Shown: positions 49,919-59,533, counted from the first letter of the stretch. The stretch is DNA of 64,000 bases from Deltaproteobacteria bacterium (GCA_040218735.1 JAVJQW010000020.1:36114-100113), one strand, 5' to 3'. Translations and numbers: made by a program. Notes: a model not told the origin generated them from the letters alone.

Positions 49919-50515
49919 CTATCTCTTCTTCCGCGGCTGGTAGACGAACGCTTTCGAGTTGCGTCGCCAGCTCGCGTCGAGGTTGAGCACGTCCACGATC
50001 TCGAGACCGTGCAGCACCTCCGGCTCGCGGAGGCTCACGAAACACCGCAGCTTCGGCAGGCGCGCCACGCGTCGCGCGAGGCGGCTCATCAGCGCGTCGG
50101 GGAACGCGGTGGAGCAGGTGTAGATCACCGTCGCGTCCGAGATCGGGAGGCGCATGAAGTCGCCGCACCACAGCTCGCAGGTCTCGGTTTGCAAGAGGCC
50201 TCTTGCGTCGATCTGGTCGAGCACCTCGACGGCGAGGTCGTGACGCCTGGGCACCATCTCGATCCCGACCGCCCGTCTCAGCGGGAGCGCGAGCGCCGCG
50301 TGCAGGACGACCTTCCCGATGCCGCTTCCGAGATCGTAGAAGACGTCGCGCTTCGAAAGCTCGAGGTACGCGAACAGCCGCTCCGTCGCGGACGGCATCA
50401 GCTCGCCGTACATCGCGTCCGAGCCGGCGTCGCGCACCGCGCGCTCTTCGGTCGGCAGGTCCTCGTAACCGTGGCGGTCGCCGTACAGGCGCGCCAACTG
50501 TCGACGCGCGTTCAT
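49919..50515 (-). CDS. DOT1-like class I SAM-dependent methyltransferase
   Basis: YGE...DVFYDLGSGIGKVV...GIE...GDF...ATVIY...F; ATGA coupling to the SDR gene. Confidence 0.75.
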   Translation of the reverse strand: MNARRQLARLYGDRHGYEDLPTEERAVRDAGSDAMYGELMPSATERLFAYLELSKRDVFYDLGSGIGKVVLHAALALPLRRAVGIEMVPRRHDLAVEVLDQIDARGLLQTETCELWCGDFMRLPISDATVIYTCSTAFPDALMSRLARRVARLPKLRCFVSLREPEVLHGLEIVDVLNLDASWRRNSKAFVYQPRKKR

Positions 50516-51258
50516 GAGGGTTGGTCGGTCGGGCGCATCAGGATGTCGTGCACCTGCGCGTGCGGTGGCAACGCGAGCGCGTACTCCACGGCGCTCGCGA
50601 CGTCGTCCGCGGTGAGGACGTCGTACTGGCTGTAGGTCGCCTCCGCCTTCGCGGCGTCGCCGTGGTAGTTCTCGGCGAACTCGGTCTTCACGTACCCCGG
50701 GCTGATCGCCGTGACCCGCACCGGGCTCTTCATCGCGCGCAGCTCCATCCGCAGGCCCTCCGTCAGCGAGCGCACCGCGAACTTCGTCGCCGAGTACACG
50801 CCGCTCTCGGAGGGGACGCGGTGGGCCGCCATGGACGAGATGTGGAACACATGTCCCGGTCCGCCGCGTTCGTGCAGGCGTGACACCATCTCGCGCGTCG
50901 CGATGCACAGCGCGAGCACGTTGACCTCCAGCATCTCGCGCCACGCTTCGGTGTCGCCCGAGCTCAGCGGAGCGAAACGACCGAGGCCCGCGTTGTTGAC
51001 GAGCACGCGCGCGTCACCCCACGCGTCGGCCGCGGCGAACACGCGCTGGATGTCCGCCTCGCTCCTCAGATCGGCGGGGACGACCCGCACCCGGTCTTCG
51101 CCCAGCTGGGTGGCGAGTGCTTCGAGGCGGTCTTCGCGCCGCGCCGTCGCGACGACCCGCAGCCCTTTCGTGGCCAGGCGCCGTACCACCGCATCGCCGA
51201 TACCCGAGGAAGCCCCGGTGACGATGGCGATCGCGTCGCTCCATCGTGTCAGGTTCAT
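50512..51258 (-). CDS. SDR family oxidoreductase
   Basis: TGASSGIG, LVNNAG, ISS, YSATK, ISPG.V.TEF. Confidence 0.95.
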   Translation of the reverse strand: MNLTRWSDAIAIVTGASSGIGDAVVRRLATKGLRVVATARREDRLEALATQLGEDRVRVVPADLRSEADIQRVFAAADAWGDARVLVNNAGLGRFAPLSSGDTEAWREMLEVNVLALCIATREMVSRLHERGGPGHVFHISSMAAHRVPSESGVYSATKFAVRSLTEGLRMELRAMKSPVRVTAISPGYVKTEFAENYHGDAAKAEATYSQYDVLTADDVASAVEYALALPPHAQVHDILMRPTDQPS

Positions 51259-51323
51259 TCGGGCGCGGACGCTAACATGTCGGCCGTCGATACGATTGGT
51301 GGCGTCGAAATCGCTGGCGTAGC

Positions 51324-52448
51324 ATGGTCGGTGCTACGCGACGCGTCACGATCATCGCGCTCCTGTGGAGCGCCGCCGCCTGCTCGTTCTCCCCGGCCAT
51401 CCCGATCGACGGGGACGCGTCCGTCGATCGCGACGCCGGACCGGGCGCCACGACGCGCGACACGGGCGTCGACGGGCGTCGCGACGGTGGCTCCGTCGGG
51501 GACGCGGGTGAGATCGACGGCGGCTTCCGTGACGGCGGCAGCACCGAGACCGACGGCGGCTTCCGCGACGGCGGGTTCGTCCGGGACGGCGGTGGCGTTC
51601 ACGATGCGGGTGTCGACCGCGATGGAGGCTTCGTCCGCGACGGCGGCCTCCGCGACGGCGGCTTTTTCCGCGACGGAGGTTTCGTCCGCGACGGCGGACC
51701 GCGCGACGCCGGAACGTCGGACGCTGGCCTCCCGCCCCTCGTCACTTCGGGGCTCGTGGTGCGGTACTTCCTCGACGAGGCGACCTCCGGCACCGCGGCG
51801 TCGGCGATCGACACGGGGCGATCGCCCGCGTTCGATCTCCCACGGTCGGGGAGCTCCAATGGGCCGTTCTACACCTCGTCGTCGGCGGGGGTGAGCGCGT
51901 CCTGGAACAACGCCGGCAGCGGCGGTGGTTACATCGCGCAGGTCTCCCAGAAGATCCTCGCGGACCTCGACAACACCCGTCGCCTCACGCTCGAGGTCGT
52001 CGTGGACCTCGACGACGCGACGAGCTTCGGTTCACGACTCGTCCACATCGGCACCGGCAGCACGACGTACCTCGGGCTGATCATCGAGGACGGCTCCGTG
52101 ACCTTCCCGATCAACGGGAGCTCGACCATCCAGTGGAACATCGCGGTCGGGAGCTTGAGTGGCCCCACCGTGCTCACGGTGGTGTTCGACTCCACCCAGT
52201 CGAACATCAACGACCGCATCGACTTCTACGTGAACGGTTCGCCGGGCCCGACCTCGCAGTTCGGGCCCGCGCAGAATCAGTCGTTCGACCTCTCGAGCAA
52301 CGACGACTTCGTGATCGGCAATCGGCCCAACGGCAGTCGGTCGATCGAGGGGGAGATCGGCTACGTCGCGATCTACGACCGGCGCCTCACCCCACAGGAA
52401 GTCGCAGACAACGCCGCGGCGCTGCTCGTCTCGCACGACACGCGGTAG
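51324..52448 (+). CDS. LamG-like domain lipoprotein with RDGG/DAG linker
   Basis: SAAAC lipobox; GLVVRYFLDE, FYVNG, IGN....R...GEI..VAIYDR.LT. Confidence 0.82.
   Translation: MVGATRRVTIIALLWSAAACSFSPAIPIDGDASVDRDAGPGATTRDTGVDGRRDGGSVGDAGEIDGGFRDGGSTETDGGFRDGGFVRDGGGVHDAGVDRDGGFVRDGGLRDGGFFRDGGFVRDGGPRDAGTSDAGLPPLVTSGLVVRYFLDEATSGTAASAIDTGRSPAFDLPRSGSSNGPFYTSSSAGVSASWNNAGSGGGYIAQVSQKILADLDNTRRLTLEVVVDLDDATSFGSRLVHIGTGSTTYLGLIIEDGSVTFPINGSSTIQWNIAVGSLSGPTVLTVVFDSTQSNINDRIDFYVNGSPGPTSQFGPAQNQSFDLSSNDDFVIGNRPNGSRSIEGEIGYVAIYDRRLTPQEVADNAAALLVSHDTR
51481..51727 (+). repeat. imperfect coding repeats (9 x RDGG plus DAG/DGG)
   Basis: CGCGACGGCGG-type units. Confidence 0.85.
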
Positions 52449-52464
52449 TTCTCTAACGGAATCG

Positions 52465-52481
52465 TTGGCACGCACGTTGTA
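52465..52481 (+). promoter_or_regulatory. possible sigma54-type promoter (-12 GT variant)
   Basis: TTGGCACGCACGTTGTA. Confidence 0.5.
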
Positions 52482-52521
52482 ACCTGCACCACCGGGGGAG
52501 GTGGTCACCGTGAGATCGTGG

Positions 52522-54192
52522 ATGAAGTGGGGGAGCCTCGTGCTCCTCGCGGGGGCCTGTCGGGCCGAGCCCGAGGCGCCGGCCGCCGAGGCCTGCGCTT
52601 CGAACACGCCGCCCTGCGGCGTCGAGGCGCCGATCGAGGTGCCCCCGTACACCGGCACCCACCCGATCGACGCGGCGACCCACGCGCCGTTCTTCCTCGC
52701 CGGCCACGTACCGGTCGAAGACGATCGCCCCTCACTTTGTCGACGGCTCTTCGCGGACCTCGTGGGCCGGTATCCCACCCGCGACGAGGTCGTCGAGACC
52801 TGCGGCGACCGTTCGGCCGAAGCCATCGTCGACGACCTGATGGCGCGCGACGCTCACCTTCACCTCGCGCAGCGCCAGTGGCGCGACCGGCTCGACACCC
52901 TCGATGTGCTGGTGCGGTTCAGCTACCTGAAGTCGCTCTACGAGGAGGTCGATCAACTCACCCGCGGCGAGCTCCTCTACCCCGCGTTCGTCGAGCGGGT
53001 GCTCGCGCACCCCGGGTTCGTGGGTCAGGACTTCTTCCCGGCGGAGCGCGCCGCGCGTGCGTTCGACGCGTTCCTGGGACGCCCCGCGACGGAGTCCGAG
53101 GCGAACGACTTCGGCAACCTGTTTCGACCGTGGGTCCTCAACCAGGAGAGCGATCCGGACTTCCCGTACATCGCATACAACCAGCCGTACGTCTGGCCCG
53201 CGTACTGCGAGCCGTTCGCCCCGTGCTCCACGACGTTGTTCGGCGGAGCATCGCTCGGCCTGACCGGCACCTTCGAGGACTACGCGACGTGGGAGACGAT
53301 CGACGAGACGACGCGCCAGGCGCTCTTCGTACCGGGCCGTCTCCTCGCCAAGCAGCCGCTGTTCTGGGAGGCCGCCGCCGATGACATCCTGGAGCGCTAC
53401 CTCGGCTGGAACGACGGCGGTCGTTTCCCGCGCGAGGTCGGCATCGTGCTCCCCGAGGTGCGCCGTGCGCTGACTCGGTTCCTGGAACAAACCGGCAACT
53501 GGCGCCAGGCGGAGCGTCTGGTCCTGACCTCTTGGCTCTACCGTCAACGCACGGTGTTCGAGCCCGGCGAGCTGCCCGCGGACGCGCCGGTGTGGATGAC
53601 GGGGCCGGTGAAGGCGGCGGACGCCGAGACCTGGCTCGACTCCGCGATGAACGTGACCATCGACTTCGGGAACTGCGATCCGCGTTACCCGGACGGCTTC
53701 GGCTACTCGGCCATCCAGCAGATTCTCGCCAACGACCCGAACGTCGACCCGAGCACGATCGCGGCCGAGTTCGTGAAGCTGCACGAGCTCAGCGGGAGCC
53801 GGCTCCCGCTGGTCTACGCGCCCGACTACCAAGGTCTGATTCCGAGCTTCCAGTACTACGGCGTGGCGCGGATCATCGGTGGCTGCCCGGGGTTCAACAG
53901 CGGGCGCGTCGATCCCGTCGGGACGTCGTTCGCGTACACGCAGGAGTCGCTCGCCGAGCTGCTCTGTCAGGAGGGCGTCGTCGACGAGGGGCGGCCGTTC
54001 ATCCCGGGCACCACCGCCACGCTGCACCATCAGATGTCACTGCTGTTCGGCCGCGAAGCGCGCGCCGAGGAGATCGCCGGATTCCACGCCGCGCACGACG
54101 CTTGTGTCCCGGGCGAGGACTGCGACAGCGCCACGACCATCAGCTCCGTCTGCGTCGCTCTGCTCGGGAGCGCCGAGATGCTGTTCTACTGA
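52522..54192 (+). CDS. hypothetical lipoprotein with DUF1549/PSD-like RRL..DL.GR.PT motifs
   Basis: LAGAC lipobox; LCRRLFADLVGRYPT, FLGRPATESE, LFGREA.AEE. Confidence 0.7.
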   Translation: MKWGSLVLLAGACRAEPEAPAAEACASNTPPCGVEAPIEVPPYTGTHPIDAATHAPFFLAGHVPVEDDRPSLCRRLFADLVGRYPTRDEVVETCGDRSAEAIVDDLMARDAHLHLAQRQWRDRLDTLDVLVRFSYLKSLYEEVDQLTRGELLYPAFVERVLAHPGFVGQDFFPAERAARAFDAFLGRPATESEANDFGNLFRPWVLNQESDPDFPYIAYNQPYVWPAYCEPFAPCSTTLFGGASLGLTGTFEDYATWETIDETTRQALFVPGRLLAKQPLFWEAAADDILERYLGWNDGGRFPREVGIVLPEVRRALTRFLEQTGNWRQAERLVLTSWLYRQRTVFEPGELPADAPVWMTGPVKAADAETWLDSAMNVTIDFGNCDPRYPDGFGYSAIQQILANDPNVDPSTIAAEFVKLHELSGSRLPLVYAPDYQGLIPSFQYYGVARIIGGCPGFNSGRVDPVGTSFAYTQESLAELLCQEGVVDEGRPFIPGTTATLHHQMSLLFGREARAEEIAGFHAAHDACVPGEDCDSATTISSVCVALLGSAEMLFY

Positions 54193-54205
54193 AGGGAGTC
54201 GAAGG

Positions 54206-55582
54206 ATGAAGTCGATCGATCGCAGGAGTTTCCTTCGTAAGAGCGTCGTCGCCGGTGGCGCGCTCGCGCTCCCCACGATGTTGGTGCCGCGCATCGCGCG
54301 CTCCGCCACCGCGGCGTTCGGGGAGGTGGACCACGTGCTCGTCCTGTTCGCGCGTGGCGGACTGCGAAGCCACTGCCTCTTCAACGCGGTCGGGGCGGAG
54401 GAGCACAACCCGTTCGGGACGCAGCCCGCCGCCGAGGGCACCGAATGGACGCTCGGCGCGGCGTGCGGTGCCGTCCCGATCTCGACGCCGAACGGGACGC
54501 TCCCGTCGTTCGCCGAGATCACGAACGACGTCACCGTGATCCCGTGTGTGGACCACCGGCCCGGGTTTTCGCCCGACATCGATCACCGCACCGCGACGAA
54601 CCGGATCGCGACGGGATCACCGGAGGGGCAGCACGGCCTGTTGAGCCTCGTGGGTCGCCACCGACCCGGATACGAAAACGGCTTCTCCCGTGACGCGTTG
54701 CCCCCGGTGGAGATCGGTCCGAGTGAGCTCGGGATGGGCGCGGGTGAATACGCGAAGGCGCGCCCGCTCTCCCTCGCCGACGCGGAGGGGTCGTTTGTGT
54801 CCGACCTGCCGGTGGGGAAGGGCTGGAAGCAGTCGGCGCGCGTCGCGCTCGACGAAGCGTTCCTCGCCCGACGCGCGCCCGCGTTCGACGCGCGGATCTC
54901 GCAGCTGCTCCAGAGCAAGGCCTACGCGCGGGAGTTCGCCGACGTGCTCGCGAACCCGGCGCTGGACGTGCTCGGCCAACCGGACGTGGAGGCCGGCGGC
55001 TTCACCAACGGCGCGCTCACCAACATCTTCGGGACCGCGACGCTCGACACGATCGGCGATCCGATGCCGCTCCCGTCCTGGGGCGCCGCGGTCGCCAAGG
55101 CGGTGCGGTTCTTCCAGCTCGGGGCGCCGATGTGCGCGGTGACGCGCTCGTACTACGACCTGCACGACCTGGAGGAGGTCGCGTTCGCGCCGCGCACGCA
55201 GGACCTCGTCCGGCAGCTCGCGGGGCTGAACCACGTGCTCAAGAACATGCCGCACGACAAGGGCGGTACGTTCTGGGAGCGGTCGCTGGTCGTCGTGATC
55301 AGCGAGTTCTCGCGCAACAACACCAACCCCGATGGCTTCAACTCGGGGCGCGGGAGCGACCACGTCGTGCGACGGCCAGGACCGGCGCGGAACCAGGCCG
55401 TCGCGTTGATGGGCGGCCCGCTGTCCAAGAAGGGGAAGCGCCTCGGCGAGACCGATCGTCAGATGAACGCGACCGGCCCGGTGTTTTCGAGCCAGAGCCT
55501 CCTCTCGACGCTGCTCGACGTCGTCGGGGTGGACCACCGACCGCTCTGGGAGGACGCGCCGATCCAGGAGCTGTTCGCGTGA
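54206..55582 (+). CDS. Tat-exported DUF1501 family protein
   Basis: DRRSFLR twin-arginine signal; LF.RGG, YDLH, VVISEFSR, GSDH, LMGG. Confidence 0.8.
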   Translation: MKSIDRRSFLRKSVVAGGALALPTMLVPRIARSATAAFGEVDHVLVLFARGGLRSHCLFNAVGAEEHNPFGTQPAAEGTEWTLGAACGAVPISTPNGTLPSFAEITNDVTVIPCVDHRPGFSPDIDHRTATNRIATGSPEGQHGLLSLVGRHRPGYENGFSRDALPPVEIGPSELGMGAGEYAKARPLSLADAEGSFVSDLPVGKGWKQSARVALDEAFLARRAPAFDARISQLLQSKAYAREFADVLANPALDVLGQPDVEAGGFTNGALTNIFGTATLDTIGDPMPLPSWGAAVAKAVRFFQLGAPMCAVTRSYYDLHDLEEVAFAPRTQDLVRQLAGLNHVLKNMPHDKGGTFWERSLVVVISEFSRNNTNPDGFNSGRGSDHVVRRPGPARNQAVALMGGPLSKKGKRLGETDRQMNATGPVFSSQSLLSTLLDVVGVDHRPLWEDAPIQELFA

Positions 55583-56460
55583 GGCGGTGGATCTGGACGC
55601 TGCTCCTCGTCGCGTGTGGCGGCACCGAACCGGGCGACGAGCCGGCGCCGGTCGATGAAGCGGTCAGCTCCATCGACATCGCGCGCGTCGACTTCCCGGA
55701 CGCGAGCGCGCTGTTCTCGGGACGGATTCAGAAGTCGTGCTCCCCGAACCCGGGGGTCTGTCACAACGTGAACAACTACCCGGATCTGCGCACGCCCGCG
55801 GCGCTGCGGCAGATCGTCAACGCACCTTGCAACCACGACGTCCCGGATCCGACGAGCGGATGGGACGGGTGTGAAGAGGCCGGCGATCGGATCGTGATCG
55901 GCGAGCTCGAGTCGATCGTGCGCTTCCTGGACTCCGAGGGGCCGGGGCGGTGGCGTATCACGATGGCCGACGCGGCGAGGGCGTCGGACGAGACCTACGG
56001 CTTCTGGTTCACCGATCCGGAAGGCGAGACGATCTACGCGCCGGCGAGCACGTTCGACGTACGCCTCACGACCGAGGCCGGCTCCAACGAAGCCGTGATG
56101 GTCGTGCACGACATGAACGGCGGCGCCGCGCAGTACTTCGACATGGCGACCGCGACGCTCGTCCCCGGCGATCCCAACCGCAACGGGATCCTCGGCGCCG
56201 AAGATCCCGAGGTCGTGCCCACGCGCCTCGTCGTCCCGGGCAGCCTCGAGCGGAGTTATCTGTGGGGCCGCATCACCGGCCTCCTCCCCGGGACACGTAT
56301 GCCGCTCGCGAACGCGCCGATCACCAACGCGGAGTACGCGGCGATCGCTTGCTGGATCGAGGGGCTCCCGGAGGACGGCGCGTTCGACGAGACGGCGCCG
56401 ATCGACTACGACGCCTGCAACTACGCCGCGGATCCGTTGGACCCTGCGCCGCAGGAGTGA
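55579..56460 (+). CDS. lipoprotein with planctomycete-cytochrome-c-like motifs and CX6CH
   Basis: LLVAC lipobox; CSPNPGVCH; VPG..ERSYL..RI......MP......IACWIEG; GTGA coupling. Confidence 0.65.
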   Translation: MRRWIWTLLLVACGGTEPGDEPAPVDEAVSSIDIARVDFPDASALFSGRIQKSCSPNPGVCHNVNNYPDLRTPAALRQIVNAPCNHDVPDPTSGWDGCEEAGDRIVIGELESIVRFLDSEGPGRWRITMADAARASDETYGFWFTDPEGETIYAPASTFDVRLTTEAGSNEAVMVVHDMNGGAAQYFDMATATLVPGDPNRNGILGAEDPEVVPTRLVVPGSLERSYLWGRITGLLPGTRMPLANAPITNAEYAAIACWIEGLPEDGAFDETAPIDYDACNYAADPLDPAPQE

Positions 56461-56463
56461 GCG

Positions 56464-58449
56464 CTACCTTCCGGCCGGGAGCCTTCCGCGCACCGCGTCG
56501 AGGCTCTTCAGCAGATCGGACTCCTCGCATCCGCCGCGCTGGCTGCTGCCGCACACCGTGGTCTCGCCCTTCAGCTCGAGGATCTCCCACGCGACGGTGC
56601 ACTGACCGCCGAAGCGTTCGAGGCTCGACACGAGCAGGTGCGACGCCGCGAGCGCCTTGCCGAGCTCGACCTGGCAGGCCTCGTCGTAACACTCCTTGAA
56701 GGTCTCGGCCTTGGCCTCGTTGACGATGCGTTTGAGCTCCTGATCCTGCGCGCTGCTGGAGACGACCTTCAGTCGCCGCTCGGAAGCGCTCGTTCGGAGC
56801 TGTCGCGTCATCGCCTCCGTCACCCGCGCGTCGTCCTGCGTGCCGCGCATGTTCATGACCGCGACGACCCAGCTCGACGCGTCGGGGCACGCCGAGCGGT
56901 CGACGTCGTTCGAGCTCGTCACGTCGATGACCTTCGTCGACGCCACGGTCTGCTCCATCGGGAGGGAGAGCTTCTGCTGTCGCGAGAACTGCTGCCGCTG
57001 CTCCACGAGGTCGAGCGTGATCCGCAGCGGTGACTTCGGCACCTGGTTCGTCACGCGGAACACGAGCGTCGCCGTCTTCGACTGACCGGACGCGAGGCGC
57101 CCCAGCTCGATCTGCTCGCGCACGAACGACACACCGGACGTCTGCGAAGCGCCGCGCACAAAAACGTTGCGGCTCGCGCCGGGGCCGACGTTCGCGATCT
57201 TCAGCCGCAGCTCGATCTGCTCCCCCGGGCCGATGGTGTTCTTGCCGTCGCCCTGCGCCCACGCGCTCTCGCCGTCGAAAATCTCGTACGCGGCGAGCTT
57301 CAGCTCCGGGCCGCGGAGCTTCTTCGTCGCGAAGCGGACGCGCGCCGGCGACAGGATGCCGAAGCCCATCTCCTCCTCGATCTTGATCGCCAGCTCGCCG
57401 GTGCCGGTCTTCAGTGTCTCCTCGCCGATGATCTCCATGCGCCGCACCACCGACGCGCCGGGCGCGATGTCGCCGAAGGACAGCGCGTTCTTCTCGAGGC
57501 GGATGGCGCCACCCCCGGAGGCGAGCTCGAGGCCGGCCTTCACCGCGTAGCCCGTTCCGCCGCCTTCGTTCTCCACGCGCACGACGAGGTCCGCGCGCTC
57601 GCCGGCGTCGAGGACGCCGTCGCCGTTACCGCGCGGATCCTCGAGGCCCGCGAACACCGTGAGGCGCGGCGGTTTCTGCTGTCGCTTCGCGCGGTCGACG
57701 ACGGTGCGTGCGTGCGCGGTCAACGCGGAGGTCATGTCGATCGGGATCGCGGTGCCGTTCGGGACGGCCACCATGCCGAAGCGACGCCGGCCGATGCTCT
57801 TCTGCCACTCGCGCGCGCCGACTTCGAACTGGACGAGCCCGTTGGCGTCGGTGGACTTCGTCTGAGTGCCGCCGTCCGCGTCGACGCCGAGCCTGACCTC
57901 CGCATTCTTGACCGGCTCGTAGTCGTAACAGGCGTCCTTGCGCTCGTCCTGGGTGTCCTCGACCTCGGTGTCGACGCTCGTGCTGCGGTCCGTCCCCGTC
58001 GGGAACACCGCGGCGAGCCCGAAGAAGAGGGTGCCGAACAGGATGCCCATGAGGTCGGGGTCACTCGCCGGGAAGGGCTGTTCGTTGTCGGGGAGGCTGT
58101 CGTCGCCAAACAAGAGCGGCACGCCGTAGAAACCGAGCGCGAAGCCCGCCGCCGCCGTCGCGATGCCCCACATCCAGAAGTCCGGCCACTCGACGGACGT
58201 CGTCACGTTGTACGTCTTCTCGATCTTCGAGCTGACGAAGCACCCCTGCGATCGCGAGAGGCGAATCGTGATCGCGCGCGGGAGTGTGCCGCGCACCTCG
58301 TCGACCCGGTAGGTGTACGCGTCGTTCGGTGTGCGGCGGACGTCGATGCGGCGCGACTTCGTGGGGCCGGTGCGGTCCGAGGACACGCAGGCGGTGCCGG
58401 TGCTGACGGCGCATAGGCACGCCACGAAGGAACGGAGCGACGCAGACAT
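56464..58449 (-). CDS. hypothetical lipoprotein with TM hairpin, two Ig/CARDB-like domains and a C-terminal alpha/beta domain
   Basis: GTAC; GNGDGVLDAGE and GDGKNTIGPGE modules; ECYDEACQVELGKAL. Confidence 0.72.
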   Translation of the reverse strand: MSASLRSFVACLCAVSTGTACVSSDRTGPTKSRRIDVRRTPNDAYTYRVDEVRGTLPRAITIRLSRSQGCFVSSKIEKTYNVTTSVEWPDFWMWGIATAAAGFALGFYGVPLLFGDDSLPDNEQPFPASDPDLMGILFGTLFFGLAAVFPTGTDRSTSVDTEVEDTQDERKDACYDYEPVKNAEVRLGVDADGGTQTKSTDANGLVQFEVGAREWQKSIGRRRFGMVAVPNGTAIPIDMTSALTAHARTVVDRAKRQQKPPRLTVFAGLEDPRGNGDGVLDAGERADLVVRVENEGGGTGYAVKAGLELASGGGAIRLEKNALSFGDIAPGASVVRRMEIIGEETLKTGTGELAIKIEEEMGFGILSPARVRFATKKLRGPELKLAAYEIFDGESAWAQGDGKNTIGPGEQIELRLKIANVGPGASRNVFVRGASQTSGVSFVREQIELGRLASGQSKTATLVFRVTNQVPKSPLRITLDLVEQRQQFSRQQKLSLPMEQTVASTKVIDVTSSNDVDRSACPDASSWVVAVMNMRGTQDDARVTEAMTRQLRTSASERRLKVVSSSAQDQELKRIVNEAKAETFKECYDEACQVELGKALAASHLLVSSLERFGGQCTVAWEILELKGETTVCGSSQRGGCEESDLLKSLDAVRGRLPAGR

Positions 58450-58508
58450 CTACGTGTCGTCTATCGGCCGCCTTTCGCCGCGTCAAAGTGGGGCGGACCC
58501 CGCCCGGC

Positions 58509-59423
58509 TCATTTGTCGCCGAGCGGCGTGATCTTGGCGCCCGGCGGAACGCCCAAGGCGCCCGACAAAAGGTGGTCGATCGACGCCTGACTCACACCGC
58601 CCGGGAACTGGATGTCGAGGCCGAGGCGCTGCGAGAGCTGCTTTTGATAGCTCTGCATCACCTGAGCGTCACGCTGGAACTGCTCTACCTCCGAGAAAGT
58701 CAGGTTGCGCGGCGTGTGGTCTGGTGCGTTGCGTGTATTCGGATCGATTCGGGCGTCCTGGAGGCCGCGCGACAGCTCCCCACGAATTTGCCCTGGCGCC
58801 TGCTGATACACCTTGTTGCGCGCGATGCGTTTCAACGGACCACGCTCTCCGTTCATCCCGGCCTGCGCGAGCCGGGCCTGGAACGGTTTGCCCTCGGCGT
58901 TCAGCTGCTGCGCAGCGCGCCGGCCGAGGCCCCGCGAGTCTCGCAACAAACCTTGCGTCACCGCGTCGACGTCGCCGTAGTTGAACGTCTTGTCCGCGCC
59001 GCCCAGCTTGTTCGGCTCCAACATCGTTCGCATTCGCTCCGCCGCCTCGCGCTCCTGCGCCGATAGCTCCGGCTTCACCGCCTTCGCGATGTTCTGCGCC
59101 TTGTTCTGCAGCCCCTGGAGGAACGCACCGAACCCGCCTTGCTGAGGCGCGGTCGCCGGCTTCGACTTGTCCTGCCGCGCGTCGCCCGCGGCGGGCGCCG
59201 TGGGTTTGTTCTGCGTCGCGTTGTTTTGCGTAGCCTGCGTCGGCTTGGTCTGCGCCGCCTTCTTTTGCGGCGCCGCCTTGGTCTGCGTAGTCTGCTTCGG
59301 ACCGCCGGTCGGGGCCGCGCGTCGCGCGGGTGCCTGCGGCGCCGCACGCGTCGCGGGGCGCCGCTGCATGCGTCCTCGGAAGAGCGGTCGGTTTCGTCGG
59401 GGTCGTTGCGTTCGAAGGCCCAT
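58509..59423 (-). CDS. hypothetical Q/A/R-rich protein
   Basis: Fills the gap between same-strand genes; disordered N-terminus; sigma54-like promoter upstream. Confidence 0.7.
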   Translation of the reverse strand: MGLRTQRPRRNRPLFRGRMQRRPATRAAPQAPARRAAPTGGPKQTTQTKAAPQKKAAQTKPTQATQNNATQNKPTAPAAGDARQDKSKPATAPQQGGFGAFLQGLQNKAQNIAKAVKPELSAQEREAAERMRTMLEPNKLGGADKTFNYGDVDAVTQGLLRDSRGLGRRAAQQLNAEGKPFQARLAQAGMNGERGPLKRIARNKVYQQAPGQIRGELSRGLQDARIDPNTRNAPDHTPRNLTFSEVEQFQRDAQVMQSYQKQLSQRLGLDIQFPGGVSQASIDHLLSGALGVPPGAKITPLGDK

Positions 59424-59435
59424 GCATCGGACCTA

Positions 59436-59452
59436 CGCAAGGTGCGGACCAC
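59436..59452 (-). promoter_or_regulatory. sigma54-type promoter
   Basis: Minus strand GTGGTCCGCACCTTGCG (GG-N10-GC, TTGC). Confidence 0.55.
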
Positions 59453-59471
59453 GCTGTGAGGAAGCGCGGTC

Positions 59472-59512
59472 GGCGAGCGCCCTGCACACGGGACCTGTGC
59501 AGGACGCTCACC
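59472..59512 (-). terminator. 17-bp stem hairpin downstream of the vWA gene (no U-tract)
   Basis: GGTGAGCGTCCTGCACA-GGTCCCG-TGTGCAGGGCGCTCGCC with two G-U pairs on the minus strand. Confidence 0.55.
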
Positions 59513-59533
59513 GGGAGGAGGAGCTGTCCGGAT

